A stretch of DNA of 64,000 nt from Felis catus (Eukaryota), in NCBI RefSeq assembly GCF_018350175.1, contig NC_058368.1, positions 149,670,001-149,734,000 of the forward strand, read 5' to 3'. Under the pieces are notes generated by a model that was given only the letters and a program-made list of their open reading frames with translations, ran no database searches and was not told where the DNA came from. Every line of letters begins with the position of its first letter. Within the stretch, counting starts at the first letter, position 1. The position numbers were made by a program, and so were the translations under genes. Below, one piece after another: positions 50,411 to 63,735 of this stretch.

Positions 50411-52399
50411 TTCATCTCTGTAACCCCAGAGCCTCCTATAATAACTGGGGCCTGTGAGGTTCTCAGTTAATATTTGTAAAATCAGTAAAATTTCACTTTA
50501 TCTGTCATACAATCCATAATGACCAGTAAGATTACTATTTTTCCCCACCCCCCACTGCCTACACACCCATAAACATGAGAATAATTCATTCCATTTCTGC
50601 AGTTTAGCAAATTGGATTGTTTAAAACAAACTGAATTTAGGTATATCCATTTATACATATAGATAGAGCTATTGGCACAGTCATAAACAAACTGAATTAT
50701 ATCTCAGTATATTACCATGGCCGGTAATAATGTAAAGATAATAATAAGTAAGATAAGAATATATTTCAATTCAGATTTAAGATTTTATATGTAATTTTCA
50801 ATGCTTGAGAAAACCAACCAATTCAATATCAAATGAATCCCAGAAGATATGTGAAGCTGATCAATGTGGAAGAAAAATTATAGAGTTTAGAAAATCGATG
50901 TCATATATGTATATACAAAGATTCAGGCCATTTTCTGTATCTTAAAAGTAATTTTAACTAAGCTGTTTTAAGAGGCAGTCTGTTGAGTGTAAGTCTCCTA
51001 ATTCAGCTCAATTACACCCCAGAGCAATGAGAAAAATTGCAGGTGAGTTCACAAGACACTGTGGGAAAACTATTTTAGACTGTTATTGGGAAGTTGTCTG
51101 TACATAGAAGTGTAATAGCTGCACTTCAATCCAATTCTGGTCTTTGCAATTTCCTCTAAGATGTGCCAATCCTCAGTAAATTGTATGAGAAGGGAACAAT
51201 GAAATCATTACTTACCTGAATTGTAATACATTCATATCTTACTCTAGGAGTAGAATTAAATAAATCAATTGATGGAAGGGTTCATGTGTAGAAGATTGAA
51301 GTGCCCACACATCCAACTTTTATTCAGAGTTTGGGGGTGGGAGGAGGTAGAAAACTATTTCAATATTAAAGAATTAGAATATTAGTGGAATTTTTAAAAA
51401 GCATGAAGAATTAAATCCACGTAATTACCAAGTAAGTCTTAATGTCATGTAACTCTGGATAACATTTAAAAATCATATATGAAAAAAATAAACAGCTAAA
51501 TGATGGGCAAGAGAGAAAACGCACCTTAACCAACTCAAATAAGTCCTCTAGAAAGGAGAAGAAAGGAAGAGAGGGAAGGAGAAAGGAAAGGAGGAGCAAA
51601 AGAAGGAAGGAATCTAGAGCTTGTATAGTACCTAAGCCACTGTCTTATAGGGTATTGACTACCTCCTGGCCAGGTGGGCAGTAGACATGATCTTGTCAAG
51701 CCTAAAGGCAGAAACAATATGGCATACCAGAAACATGGACTTTGAAGTAAAGGTCCTGTAGTTCTGAAACTCAGTTTTACAATGACCAGCTAAGACAGTC
51801 TGATCAAAATAATTCCTTAAGGCTCTATATCTACATGTGCAAACAAGCTTTATCTGTATCATAATATCTTATAGGGTAAAATCATATATTTTCCCTTTAA
51901 TAAATGTTTTTCTAAGTGCTTCTCAGTAAATAACACCTTTCCTTTTTCTCAGAGCTACAGGGAAAAAAGGGGGTACATACCAATCAAAGCTATGTTTAGT
52001 TGCAAACGTTATTTTCTGAATTCTTCAAGATTGGTGTTGCAACTTTTTAGATGATTGGGATGTTTGTAGCTCCAAGAATCCTGAAAGTGAAGCTGAGTTT
52101 TAAATTAAGGACTCTGGGTCCAAGACTCAATGTAGCAAAAGTGTAACTGTGTTTATGCCCTAAAAAGCTGTTTGGACACATTTCCTTGCATTCGGGCCTT
52201 CAAGTAAAGTTTGTTAAATAATGATAGGTAGGTTTGAATATTTCAATGAATATGGATAATTTAATGTGACAGGAAAAATGATAACACTCATAACCCATTT
52301 TTCCCAGGCCTCATTGTCCTGAAAGAATAAAGAAAAGCATGTGTCAGAGTAAGAGTAAAGACAGCAAACAGCAAATAGATGGAACCCTAACCCACTGGT

Positions 52400-53230
52400 C
52401 ATTCCTTCATTTCATTCAACAGATATTAATTAAGATATTAATGAGTATCACATATGAACCAAGCACTCTGCTAGGCACTGTGGGTATAATGGTGAACAAG
52501 TGTAGACGTGGTCTTTCGTGTACTTTACAATCTGGGAAACGCAATTGAGCAAATAACAAGGAAATCTTACCTAAACTTGAGAAAGGGGAAGAGCTGCGGT
52601 TAAGATGGGTATCCCTAAGGAAGGAATGCTTGAGCTGAGTTACGATGTATCACCTGGAGTTAACCAGGTAAGGGAGGGGGCACAAGGTCAGGGGGAGTAT
52701 TAAGGACAGACAGAAAACTATTTGCAATGATCCTGTTGTCAGAGGGAAATGATCACATCTGGGAATGAAAGAAAATCGAAATAGCTGGGATAGGAGGGGA
52801 GCTGTGCAGAGAATAGTTGAAGGGGAAAGGAGTGGTTGGTAAAGGTCAGGCTTGATTTTCATCTTAAATGCAGAGAAGTCAGTGAAGGAGTTTAAGCTGG
52901 AGAAGCAGTGTGGAGAGAAAAGAGTAATATGATTAGATTTGCCTTTTGAAAAAAAACACTGGTCCTGAAGTGTGGAGAGCCTACGGTTGGGAGGGAGGGG
53001 CAAAGGTAGATGAATTAGGAGGCTACTGCAGTAAATGGTGCAGATCTAAGTCTGTTGCAGAACTTTTTAGCCACTCTTTCCTCCCTAGGAGGCTAGGAAA
53101 CTACTTTATTTCCCAGAGAAAACCTGACCCCTATAGTGGAGATGGAAAGAAGTCAATTAATTGAATATTTAGAAGACGAAATTGGCAAGACAGAATAATG
53201 CATTGGATATGGTTGCCAGATGCAAGAGTT
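52400..53230 (-). mobile_element. L2 remnant
   Basis: 'ttcatttcattcaacagatattaatt...aagcactctgctaggcactg' L2 3' end, then L2-like body. Confidence 0.65.
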
Positions 53231-53831
53231 AGTCAAGAGTTTGTCCAACTGGATGAATAAGAATGTCCTTCATTTGGGGAACAATAGAAACTTATTATAA
53301 GCGAAATGGGTAATGTTTGTTGAGCATTTACTGGATAGAGCAACATTGTTCTAAATGCTTTGCACATTTTCTTAAATTTGTTTTCTTACAACTCTATGAT
53401 ATAGGTACTAATACTGTTTTCTCCATATTATAGATGAAGAACTGAGGCAAAGTAAGTTGTGTTCATTTTTACACTTAGATACAAGTGAGTGGATCTATGT
53501 ATTGAGTCCAGAGCTATGCTTTTAACGACTTTACTATGCTTTCCCCCTGTTCAAGATATGTTTCCCTTAGCTCAAACAAATGGAGCTCTTTCTCCTTCCC
53601 CCTCATGGCCTTCATTGTCTTTCAGTGGTCACTTTCAGTGCTCAAAACAAAAGCTTCCTAGAAGCTAAGTTGCTGTCAGTTCTCCAGACTGGTATGTATT
53701 TACATCTCTGTGTTGATAATCGCCTCTCCAGGCCATAAGTTATTGCTATAATTTGAGGTTGATAGATGCATGGAAGAAGTTTCCAATTTTCATTCCTAAT
53801 GGTCCAATGCAGGTTTATGGACAAATGGATT

Positions 53832-54258
53832 TTCTTAGTCTGCTCAGACTGCCATAACAAAATACCATAGACTGGATGGCTTCACTGACAAAAATTTATT
53901 TTCTCACTATGTTGGAAGCTGGAAGTCTAACATCAAGGTGCCAGCATGGTTGGGTTCTGGTGAGAGCTCTCATCCTGACTTACAGATGGCTGCCTTATCA
54001 CTGTATCCTGATGTGGCCTTTCCTTGATGTTTGCGTGTTGAGAGATAGAGGGAGAAAGGCCGTGGGGGAGAGAGAGGAGTTAATTTTCTCTCTTCCTTTT
54101 CTTATTAGACCACCAATTCTATTGAGCTAGGATCCCAGCATTATGGATTTGTTTAACCTTAGTTATCTCCTAAAGGCCCTGTCTATAAAAATACAGTCAC
54201 ATTTGAGGTTAAACCTTCAACATATGAATTTGGACAGAGTACAACTGAGTCCATAGCA
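53832..54258 (-). mobile_element. MaLR solo LTR (MLT1A-like)
   Basis: 'cttagtctgctcagactgccataacaaaataccatagactgg...ttcaacatatgaatttgg...agtccatagca'. Confidence 0.82.
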
Positions 54259-54940
54259 TGGACGCAGGGGTCTACTTTAAGAAAAATAACAGAATTAGTT
54301 CAAAGCTTCTCGAAGGCCCCTGAAATGATACTTCTCCAGGTTTTCAATAACTTTACCTCTGATTAGGAAGTCATTAGACTTCCATTCAGATCTAACTTGG
54401 GAGTGTTGGGGGAATGGTACAGGGAATTCATGGAAAAGAAGAGAGCTTTGGGAAGCAAATCTTCGTTCAGTGAACATGACAATACAGCAGGAGGCCATCC
54501 CTGCAGGATGTGTTGATCATGGCTGCTTCAGAAATCCCAAACCCTCAATCACAATGATCACCAATGTCCATGTCAAACAATAAAGTCCAAGAGGACTTGC
54601 TCAGTATCATAGGTGCAATACCTCCTACAGACTCCAGTAATAAGTAGAACAGGTTCTGAAGTGAGCTGGAGGTCCAAACACAGCAGGTGAGGATATCTGC
54701 CAGGGAAACCACCAAAACTGTGATTTCGCCATTCAGTGGTATAGGCTGGTATAGCCTGAGACACACAAATTACATCATCTTGTGACCCCACCCGACCCAG
54801 GTTATCGTGACTCTAATTTCAACAGTCAAATTTAGACTAAAATACTCTTCTTCCACTGATGTTAAATTCTAAGAGCCATCCCCAAGTACACTACTCATGC
54901 CTCCTCACTCTTCAGTGGTACAACTCCATCCCCTCTATTC

Positions 54941-55044
54941 TAGTGACCAAGCATTATATTTCACCCAGGACTGAGGAATTTGGGGGAATGAAGCCTTTTC
55001 ACTGCTAAAACCTAGACAGTAAACCAAGACATGTGGTCACCCCC
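54941..55044. mobile_element. MER81-like hAT MITE
   Basis: About 105 bp bounded by inverted gtgacca / tggtcac; internal 'ttcactgctaaaacc'. Confidence 0.6.
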
Positions 55045-55334
55045 AAGCTAACTTCTACCCTAAGAATGTAGGAGACTCCTGCTAGGTAGGACCAGAAGAA
55101 ATATTCTCCCCTTGCCCCCAAAACAGAGTGGCCCAGCCTCAGCTGATAATCTTCCATTCTGATTTCACTCAGGGTCAGATCCTTCTTCCTCAGACTCTTG
55201 GGAGATAATGGCCACTGTTTAAATCAGTTTGGAACTCAGAGTCTTTGTATTAATTACAAAAACAGGTTGTGGGCCCGTGACTGTAATTTGCTAATTTTAT
55301 TTCTTAAGATATTGCATTAAATATTATTTATCTT

Positions 55335-55529
55335 GGGGTGCCAGGGTGGCTCAGTCAGTTAAGCACCCCACTCTTGGTTTCAGCTCAGGTCATGATCTCA
55401 CAATTCCATGAGTTCAAACCCTACATTAGGCTCCACACGAGCAAAGCACCCATTGTTTAGGATTATCTCTCTCCCTCTCCCTCTCTCTCTGCTTCTCTCT
55501 CTCTTTCTTTCTCTCCATAAATAAACCTT
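55335..55529 (+). mobile_element. SINEC inserted into a hAT (MER91-like) remnant
   Basis: TSD aaaatattatttatctt / aaaatattacttatctt; flanking remnant ends 'accctagtctagtcctg' at about 55624. Confidence 0.85.
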
Positions 55530-55822
55530 AAAATATTACTTATCTTAATTACTGATTTTTGGATGCCCTTTAAATTTAACTGCCAAGGCTGATGCCTCAT
55601 TTGCTTTACCCTAGTCTAGTCCTGTCAATAGGCAACAGGCTTGGAACTCAGGTTCCTGGTGGCCAGTCACAGGACCCTAATAGTGCAATAGTCAGTCTCT
55701 CGCATCAAGTGTATCAAATCCTCTTATCAGACTAAAGTGAGGTCCCACCAGCCTGCTAAGTGTGCCCTACAATACTCAAATATGCAGTAGGTGACCAATG
55801 TTGACCTTAGGTTCTGGGATCT

Positions 55823-56021
55823 TTACCATGCTTGTGTTAAAATCATACAATGATGATTTGGCTCTTGAAAAATACATGTTTTTGTATGTTCTTTTACTTT
55901 AAGGTATATAATCTGATGCTTGTGTTACCATGTTTGTGTTAAAATCATACAATGATAATTTGGTTCTTAGAAAATAAATATTTTTGTGTGTTCTTATATT
56001 TTAAGGTGTATAATCTGATGC
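55823..56021. repeat. Diverged tandem duplication (97-bp unit, period 102)
   Basis: 55823-55919 vs 55925-56021, about 11 mismatches, linker ttgtg. Confidence 0.93.
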
Positions 56022-57366
56022 AAAAAAAAATAGCATGGTGTTCAAAAGAGCGCAACTCTTGAAATCGAATGAGATATCTGACACTGACATACAGTATCTT
56101 GGGGAACTTAATTAATTAACTTTAATGAATCCTCAGTTCGACTAACTGTAAAATAAAGATAATACCTACCTCACAGACTTGTTTGTGAGGATTATATAAA
56201 TTAATGCACATAAAGCATACATCAGCTATGTGACACAGTGAACATATTGTGATACAATTCTCTCTCTTCACATTTCCTGCCTGGTCTCCTTAGCACTTCT
56301 TACAAGAATCCTTTTTGTGACTTTAATGTTTATGGATCTAGAATTTTCTTAAGAATACCCTGAACATATTTTCAAATGTTTTAGAAAGAAAATAGTTATT
56401 TTGTCGTTGTACTATTAGGTTCAAAGTATAGTGTGTTTTGTATTCCCCTGAACTGTTTGATGTCTGAAAACTAAACAATCAGGCTAAAGGTTTCTAAAAT
56501 CCAATACGATTTTTAAGAAGTATATTTATTGAGTATGGCAGTTTTCCTCTTCAAGTTCCCTTGATAGTATCAGCACTCTACTTCAGATTTCTAAATAAAA
56601 AAATGTTAAGATTTAAATGCTGCTGTGTTCAGTGCTCTCAAACCAGAGCTACCCTTGGGCAAAGGAACGTCCTCCCTCATGCTCTCTCTGTTCCTGAGCT
56701 CACTGCTTCCACAGTTATTTTTCTGTAAATTAAGACCTTTCCATCATTGTCAGATGGGAGAAAAACATTCATGGAGTAATCTCCAGTATTTTCCAATTAA
56801 AAAAAAAAAACTTGATTTAGAAAGTACATGATAAAAGAAGCTAATAGTAAAATAATGGTGATTGCCTCTCTGACTACTATTTTACCCAGAGTGTGGGGGT
56901 ATAAGAGCAACAAATTATTTTTAACCTCTTGTTTTGTGCTGCAATAATATCTTAAAGAACACTAGATATCAAAACAGACTACCATCTATTAATAATGCCT
57001 ACATTTCACTGGGAAATAGAATACATTCAGAATCTAGTACTTTGCTTGTGCTTTATTTCTTAATGAAATTCTGTTATTTTATAGCAACTAATGGAATATA
57101 CCTCAGGGTCTGATGCCATCAGATGCATTTTAGAAAATTACTATTTTATATGAACACTGGTATGCTTATTTTAATTGATGGTGCTTACATTAAATCATCA
57201 GAAAATAGATCTTTTAAAGGAACTAGTGGCAATGATGTTTGTATATTTTTTTCAAAAGTTATAGCATCATCAACTTCCAAATAACTCTGTATATGTGTGA
57301 GACATGTATAAGAGACTTGGTTTTATCCTCTGACCTTGACTTAATCATAAGAGTTTAGGGATAGAA

Positions 57367-57575
57367 GGGGAGACTGGGTGGCTCAGTTGATTAAGTGTCC
57401 GACTCTGGCTCAGGTCACGATCTCACGGCTCGTGGGTTTGAGCCCTGTGTCAGCCTCAGTGCTGACAGCTTAGACCCTGGAGCTTGCTTCAGATTCTGTG
57501 TCTATGTCTCTCTCTTCCCCTCCCCTTCTCACTCTCTCTCTCTATCAAAAATAAACATTAAAAAAAATTTTTTTT
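57367..57575 (+). mobile_element. SINEC
   Basis: Head 'ggggagactgggtggctcagttgattaag' to tail. Confidence 0.9.
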
Positions 57576-58835
57576 AGGAGTTTAAGGCTGGAAGAGATCT
57601 TAGAAATCTTCTAGTCTAACACATCATTTTAAAGACAGTAAACATTTTAATGACTTGCCCAAGGCCAAAAAGCTGGAGTGAGGCAGATCTAGAATTATGG
57701 CCCAAGTCCTCTGGTTTCCAGACCAGTACTTGGCCCACCCAACTACATTTTCCATGATCATTACATTGGCCTCCCTGTATCTTCCTATCCACAAATGTTT
57801 TTATATGATAAGGAGAAGGTCTACTCACTGCATAGTCCCTTCAGGAAAAAGTGGGGCTGCATGATAGCTTCCAAGAGGAAGGCTTAAAGAAATGAATTCT
57901 AATCAAATAGACAACATAAGACATAAACATGTGTTGAAATTTCAGGCAAGAAGAGGAGCTCCTGTCTCTTTTTGTTGTCTTCTTTAAGAAACAAAAGAAA
58001 AGGAAAAGAAAAAATTCTAAATGTCTTGAGTTTCAGGAAAAATGTTCTATTAGTGAGTCAGACTCTGAAAATAATGTTAGCAAAGGAAGTGACTGCCAAT
58101 GCGTGGGTGAGATTTTTTTTTAGAAGTCACATGAAAAAAATAGTTCTCTGTGTATAGCTCTGAAACATTCTTCCTCCATTCTTCAGGGCTTCCTTGAATG
58201 TCCAGGCTGCCTTGAACTAACATGTTTATTTTGCTTTCTTAACTTCTGTTTCTTGCAGCTCAACGTATAGCCCAAGAACATTGTTATTTTCTTCTAGTAA
58301 TCCATATACTTCACCATGTTTGTGACTTTGCTATTGTTTTTATTTTCCTGAGATGTCATTTCCCTCCTTCTTCTCCACTTGTCAAAATCTTAGACATCCT
58401 TGAGCACCTATTTAATATCACCTCCTCCTTGAAGCCTTTGCCAATCTTTGAATGTCTAAGTAGAGACCACTCCTCATAACACTTTTGTTGTACCTCTTAG
58501 AGGAATGAATCCAGTCTACCTTGTTCTGAAGAGTATGTGGCTTTCTTCCCTTTTCAATTCATATCTATTTGAGAACTAGGAAAATAACCTATCTTTATAT
58601 GTGCTGGGGATATGTTAAGTACCGAGGATTCCAGAGTAAACACAAAAAAGCCCTTTGCTTCAACAAATTATCCAAAATCTAGCATGCAAATATAATTTAG
58701 GTTATATTCCACTTTCAGAAAACAGATCTTGACCTAGGATTTGAATGCAAGTATTTTATCTAAGTAGTGAGAAGTGAGAAAATGAGATAGTAAAAGAGAG
58801 AATGACAAAAAAGAAGTACACTAATTAATGAGCAG

Positions 58836-59424
58836 AAATAAAAATAGAGATGGTAGCCTAGGGCTGGGGTGTGGGGGAAATGGAGAGATGTTGGTCAAAA
58901 GGTCCAAACTTTCAGCGATAAAATGAGTAAATTCTGGGGAGCTAATGTACAATATGGTGACTACAGTTAATAATACTATTTGTACAGTCGAATTTGCTAA
59001 GAGAGTAGATCTTAAGCATTCTCATCACCACAACAATAAAAATATGGTAAATACATAGGGCACCTGGGTGGCTCAGTCCGTTGAGCACCCCACTTTTGAT
59101 TTTAGCTCAGGTCATGATCCGAGGGCCATGAGATCGAGCCCTGCATCAGGCTCCACTCTGACCATGGAGCCTGCTTAAGATTCTCTCTCCCTCTGCCCCT
59201 TTCCCCTGCTTGCACACGCTCTCACTTTCTCTCTCTAAAATAAAATAAAATAAACAACAACAAAAAAAATAAGCTAACTATGTGAGGTTACGGATGTGTT
59301 GACCAACTTGATTGTGTCTTGTATACATTTCACAATGTATACATATATATAACCATCACATTACACACTTCAAATAAAAACAATGTTATATGTCAATTAT
59401 TCCTCAATACTGGGGGGAGGGGGG
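58836..59424 (+). mobile_element. L1MA-type 3' end fragment
   Basis: 'gaatttgctaagagagtagatcttaagcattctcatcac'; degenerate TSD aattaatgagcag (58823-58835) / aattagcgagcag (59425-59437). Confidence 0.82.
59057..59268 (+). mobile_element. SINEC inserted in the L1 fragment
   Basis: 'gggcacctgggtggctcagtccgttgagcac' head to A tail. Confidence 0.9.
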
Positions 59425-60344
59425 AATTAGCGAGCAGGTTTCTCCTATGGGGCCCACGTCTGCTGATGAGCCTCTGAGAAACCATGTGGAATGTGCCTCT
59501 GATTATCCTGAGATCAAGACAGTGAGGTATAAAGTCTCCCCTCCATGTTTGAGGGTTGCTCATGGAAGATTAACTCAAAGTCACTGCCAGCCAGCTCTAT
59601 TCTTAGACCAAGCATTCCTCCAAGTAGCCAGAAAAGGCCCTGAGGCCAAGATGTAAGTGCTTGAGGCAGGAAGCTGTTGGCAGGTCATGCAAGTGTCCAG
59701 CACAGTTGCAGATGACCTTCAGGGAGGGCCAAGAGGGCATAGGCAGAGCTGTAACAGTTTTGGCTATGGCACCAGAAGGGTTACAGCTGAGTTTACTTGA
59801 ATAGTTGAGTTTAAATAAATCTTGTTGCTACCCTTAGCAAAACATAAATGCTAACAAAGTACTAACTTAACTCTTTTCTAAGGAAACTGAGGGTGTTTTT
59901 GAGTATGATTTCCTCACCAAACCAAAATGTATATCAGATTTTATTTTCTGTGAATTACTGAGTTACCCCCCCCAAAAAATTGCCTTCATTAGAATGAATT
60001 ATAATTAGATTGCTCCTGATAGAGGCTACCTGCCAAGAGTACGTTTGGAAACTGCTTCTTGTCAGAAGCATACTCTTTATTTTTCTTGAGATCTTATCTT
60101 TCTCATCTTTAAGAGTAATACATGCTAACTATAGAAACATTATAAAATACACAAGAATAAAAGAAAAAGAAAATAATCCATTGTTTCCAAGAAATATTTA
60201 CACAGAAAAATAACATGGAATTATCCAGACTGTCAAGCCCAAGCATTTATCTTAATGAGATTATCTAGTAAACATTGCCTTACCTATGTTAGATTATTGA
60301 TAATTTGTTGTATTATTAAAGGATATACTTATTATCTGCCATTT

Positions 60345-60523
60345 TTATTATTTATTTATTATTTATATATTTATTTTTGAGAGAGAGCTCATGCAACTGG
60401 GGGAAGGGCAGAGGGAGAAACAGAGAATCCCAAGCAAGCTACATGCTCAGCATAGAGTCTGACACAAGGCTCTGTCGCATGACTATGAGATTATGACCTG
60501 AGCAAAATCAAGAGTCAGATGCT
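60345..60523 (-). mobile_element. SINEC 3' part; its 5' end lies at 63229-63253 beyond the L1
   Basis: Reverse SINE stops at 'aagagtcagatgct' and resumes after the L1 as 'taactgagtcacccagccattcccc'. Confidence 0.85.
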
Positions 60524-63215
60524 ACAAATAAGACTCCTGGGCCAGATAGCTTCCCAAGGCAATTCTACCAGACATTTAAAGCAGAGTTAATACCTATCCT
60601 TATCAAGGTGTTCCAAAAAATAGAAATGGAAGGAAAGCTTCCAGACTCATTCTATAAAGCCAGCATTACCTTGATTCCCAAACCAGAGAACCCACAAAAA
60701 AAGGAGAATTACAGGCCAATATCCCTGATGAACATGGATGCAAAAATTCTCAACAAGATACTAGCAAAGCAAATTCAACAGCATATAAGAAGAATTATTC
60801 ACCATTATCAAGTGGGATTCATTCCTGGGCTGCAGGGCAGTTCCAATATTTGCAAATCAATCAATGTGGTACATCACATTAATAGAAGAAAAGATAAGAA
60901 CCATACAATCCTGTCAATAGATGCAGTAAAAGCATTTGACAAAATACAACATGCTTTCTTAATAAAAACCCTAAAAAACTTGGGATAGAAGGAACATACC
61001 TTAACATCATAAAAGCTATACATGAAAAGCCCACAGCTAATATCATCCTCAATGGGGAAAATCTGAGATTTTTTCCCTGAGATCAGGAACATGACAGGGA
61101 TGTCCACTCTCACCACTGTTGTTTAACATAATGTTGGAAGTCTAGCCTCAGCATTCAGACAGCAGAATGAAATAAAAGGCATCCAAATTGACAAAGATGT
61201 CAAACTTTCACCTTTTGCAGATGATATGATTCTACATGGAAAACTCAAAAGACTCCAGTAAAAAGCTGCTAGAACTGATACATGAATTCAGCAAAGTGGC
61301 AGGATACAAAATCGATGTACAGAAATCAGTTGCATTTCTATACACCAATAATGAAGCTACAGAAAGAGAAATCAAGAAACAGATTCCATTTACACTTACA
61401 CCAAGAACCATAAAATACCTAGGAATAAACCTAACCAAAGATGTAAAAGATCTGTACTCTGAAAACTATGGAAAACTTATGAAAGAAATTGAAGAAGACA
61501 CAAAGAAAGGGAAAAACATTCTATGCTCATGGATTAGAAGAACAAATATTGTTAAGATATCAATTCTACCCAAAGCAATCCACACATTCAATGCAATCCC
61601 AATCAAAATTGCACTGGCATTCTTCTCAAAGCTAGAGCAACCAATCCTAAAATGTGTATGGAACCACAAAAGACCCTGGAAAGCCAAAGCAATCTTGAAA
61701 AAGAAAACCAAAGCTGGAGGCATCGCAATCCTGGACTTTAGCCTCTATTACAAAGCTGTAATCATGAAGACACTATGGTACTAGCACAAAAACAGTCACA
61801 TAGACCAATGGAATAGAATAGGGACTCCAGAATTGTACCCACAAATATATGGCCAACTAATATTTGAGTATCCAGTGGAAAAAAGACAGTCTCTTTAGCC
61901 AATTGTGCTGGGAGAACTGGAGAGCAACATGCAGAAGAATGAAACTGGACCACTTTCTTATACCATACACAAAAATAAACTCAAAATGGATGAGAGACCT
62001 AAATATGTGACAGGAAACCATCAAAACCCTAGAGGAGAAAAAGGCAGCAACCTCTTTGACCTCAGCCGCAGCAATTATTTGCTCAACATATCTCTGAAGG
62101 CAAAGGAAATACAAGCAAAAATGAGCTATTGGGACCTCATCAAAATAAAAATCTTCTGCACTGCAAAGGAAACAATCAACAAAACTAAAAGGCAACCAAC
62201 AGGATGGGAGAAGATATTTGCAAATAGATAAAGGGTTAGTATCCAAAATCTATAAAGAATTTATAAACCCAACACCCGAAAAAGAAATAATCCAGTGAAG
62301 AAATGGGCAGAAGACATGAATATACACTTTTCCAAAGAAGACATCCGGGTGGCCAACAGACCCACGAAAAGATGCCATCATCACTCATCATCAGGGAAAT
62401 ACAAATCAAAACCACATTGAGATACAACCTCACACCAGTCAAAGTGGCTAAAATTAACAACTCAGGAAACAACAGATGCTGGCGAGGATGTGGAGAAACA
62501 GGAACCCTCTTGCATCATTGGTGGGAATACAAACTGGTGCAGCTGCTCTGGAAAACAGTGTGGAGGTTCCTCAAAAACTTAAAAATAGACCTACCCTACG
62601 ACCCAGCAATAGCACTACTAGGAATTAATCCAAAGGATACAGGAGTGCTGATTCATAGGTGCACATGTACCCCAGTGTTTATAGCAGCACTTTCAACAAT
62701 AGCCAAATTATGGAAAGAGCCCAAATATCCATCAATTGATGAAGAGATAAAGAAGGTGTGGTTTATATATACAGTGGAATACTACTTGGCAATGAGAAAG
62801 AATAAAATCCTGCCATTTGCAACAATGTTGGTGGAACTGGAGAGTATTATGCTAACTAATAATAAATCAGTCAGAGAAGGACAACTATCACATGTTTTTA
62901 CTCATATTGTAGAACTTGAGAAACTTAACAGAAGACCATGGGGGAAGAGAAGGGGAAAAATAGTTTCAAACAGAGAGGGAGGCAAACGATAAGAGACTCT
63001 TAAATACAGAGAACAAACTGAGGGTTGATGGGGGTGGTGGGGGAGAGGGGGAAATGGATGGTGGGCATTGAGGAGAGCACTTGTTGGGATGAGCACTGGG
63101 TGTTGTATGTAAGTGATGAATCACGAGAATCTACCCCGAAAACCAAGAGCACACTGTATACACTGTATGTTAGCCAACTTGACAATAAATTGTATTTAAA
63201 AAAAGAGAGAGAGAG
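60524..63215 (+). mobile_element. 5'-truncated carnivore/felid LINE-1 (ORF2 3' part plus 3'UTR), disrupted
   Basis: ORF2 pieces 60608..60988 ([20 protein letters not shown]), 61236..61784, 62303..62992 ([16 protein letters not shown]); G-rich 3'UTR; AATAAA at 63184; TSD agagtca(g/t)atgct at 60511-60523 and 63216-63228. Confidence 0.95.
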
Positions 63216-63279
63216 AGAGTCATATGCTTAACTGAGTCACCCAGCCATTCCCCCTTTTTTAAATTACCTGCTATTTAAA

Positions 63280-63485
63280 CATTTTTTTAAATATTTAGTC
63301 ATTTTTGAGAGGGAAAGAGAGAAACAAGCATGAGCGGGGGAGAGACAGAAAGAGAGGGAGACACAGCAGGCTCCAGGCTCTGAGTTGTCAGCACAGAGCC
63401 TGACTTAGGGCTGAAACCCAAGAACCATGAGATCATGACCTGAGCTGAATTCAACCCTTCAACCAATTGAGCCACTCGGCACCCC
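63280..63485 (-). mobile_element. SINEC
   Basis: Reverse SINE ending 'gccactcggcacccc'. Confidence 0.9.
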
Positions 63486-63516
63486 ATCTGTCATATTTTA
63501 AAGACTTAAATTCTTT

Positions 63517-63735
63517 TTTTAAATTTTTTTAACATTTATATATTTACTTTTGAGAGACAGAGACAAAGCGTGAGCAGGGGAGGAGCAGAGAGAGAGCGAG
63601 ACACAGAATCCGAAGCAGGCTCCAGGCTCTGAGCTGTCATCACAGAGCCCGACGTGGGGCTTGAACTCACAAACTGCGAGATCATGACCAGAGTCAAAGT
63701 CAGACGCTTAACCGACTGAGCCACCCAGGTGCCCC
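63517..63735 (-). mobile_element. SINEC
   Basis: Identical flanks taaagacttaaattcttt at 63499-63516 and 63736-63753. Confidence 0.94.

Larger units (their letters stand above)
58695..59770 (-). mobile_element. ERVL LTR remnant (LTR33-like) split by an L1 fragment
   Basis: 'cagatcttgacctaggatttgaatgcaagtattttat' before the insert; 'gagcaggtttctcctatgggg...gagaaaccatgtggaatgtgcctc' after it. Confidence 0.5.

Noticed and set aside
40580..60620. Two plus-strand L1s beginning at nearly the same ORF2 position, suggesting segmental duplication
   Set aside because: They are clearly diverged, have different 3'UTRs and unrelated flanks, so they are independent insertions
60608..62992. Long ORFs (126-229 aa) with reverse-transcriptase-like motifs as a novel RT system
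   Set aside because: Frameshifted pieces of ordinary LINE-1 ORF2 in a 5'-truncated copy with no ORF1 or endonuclease domain
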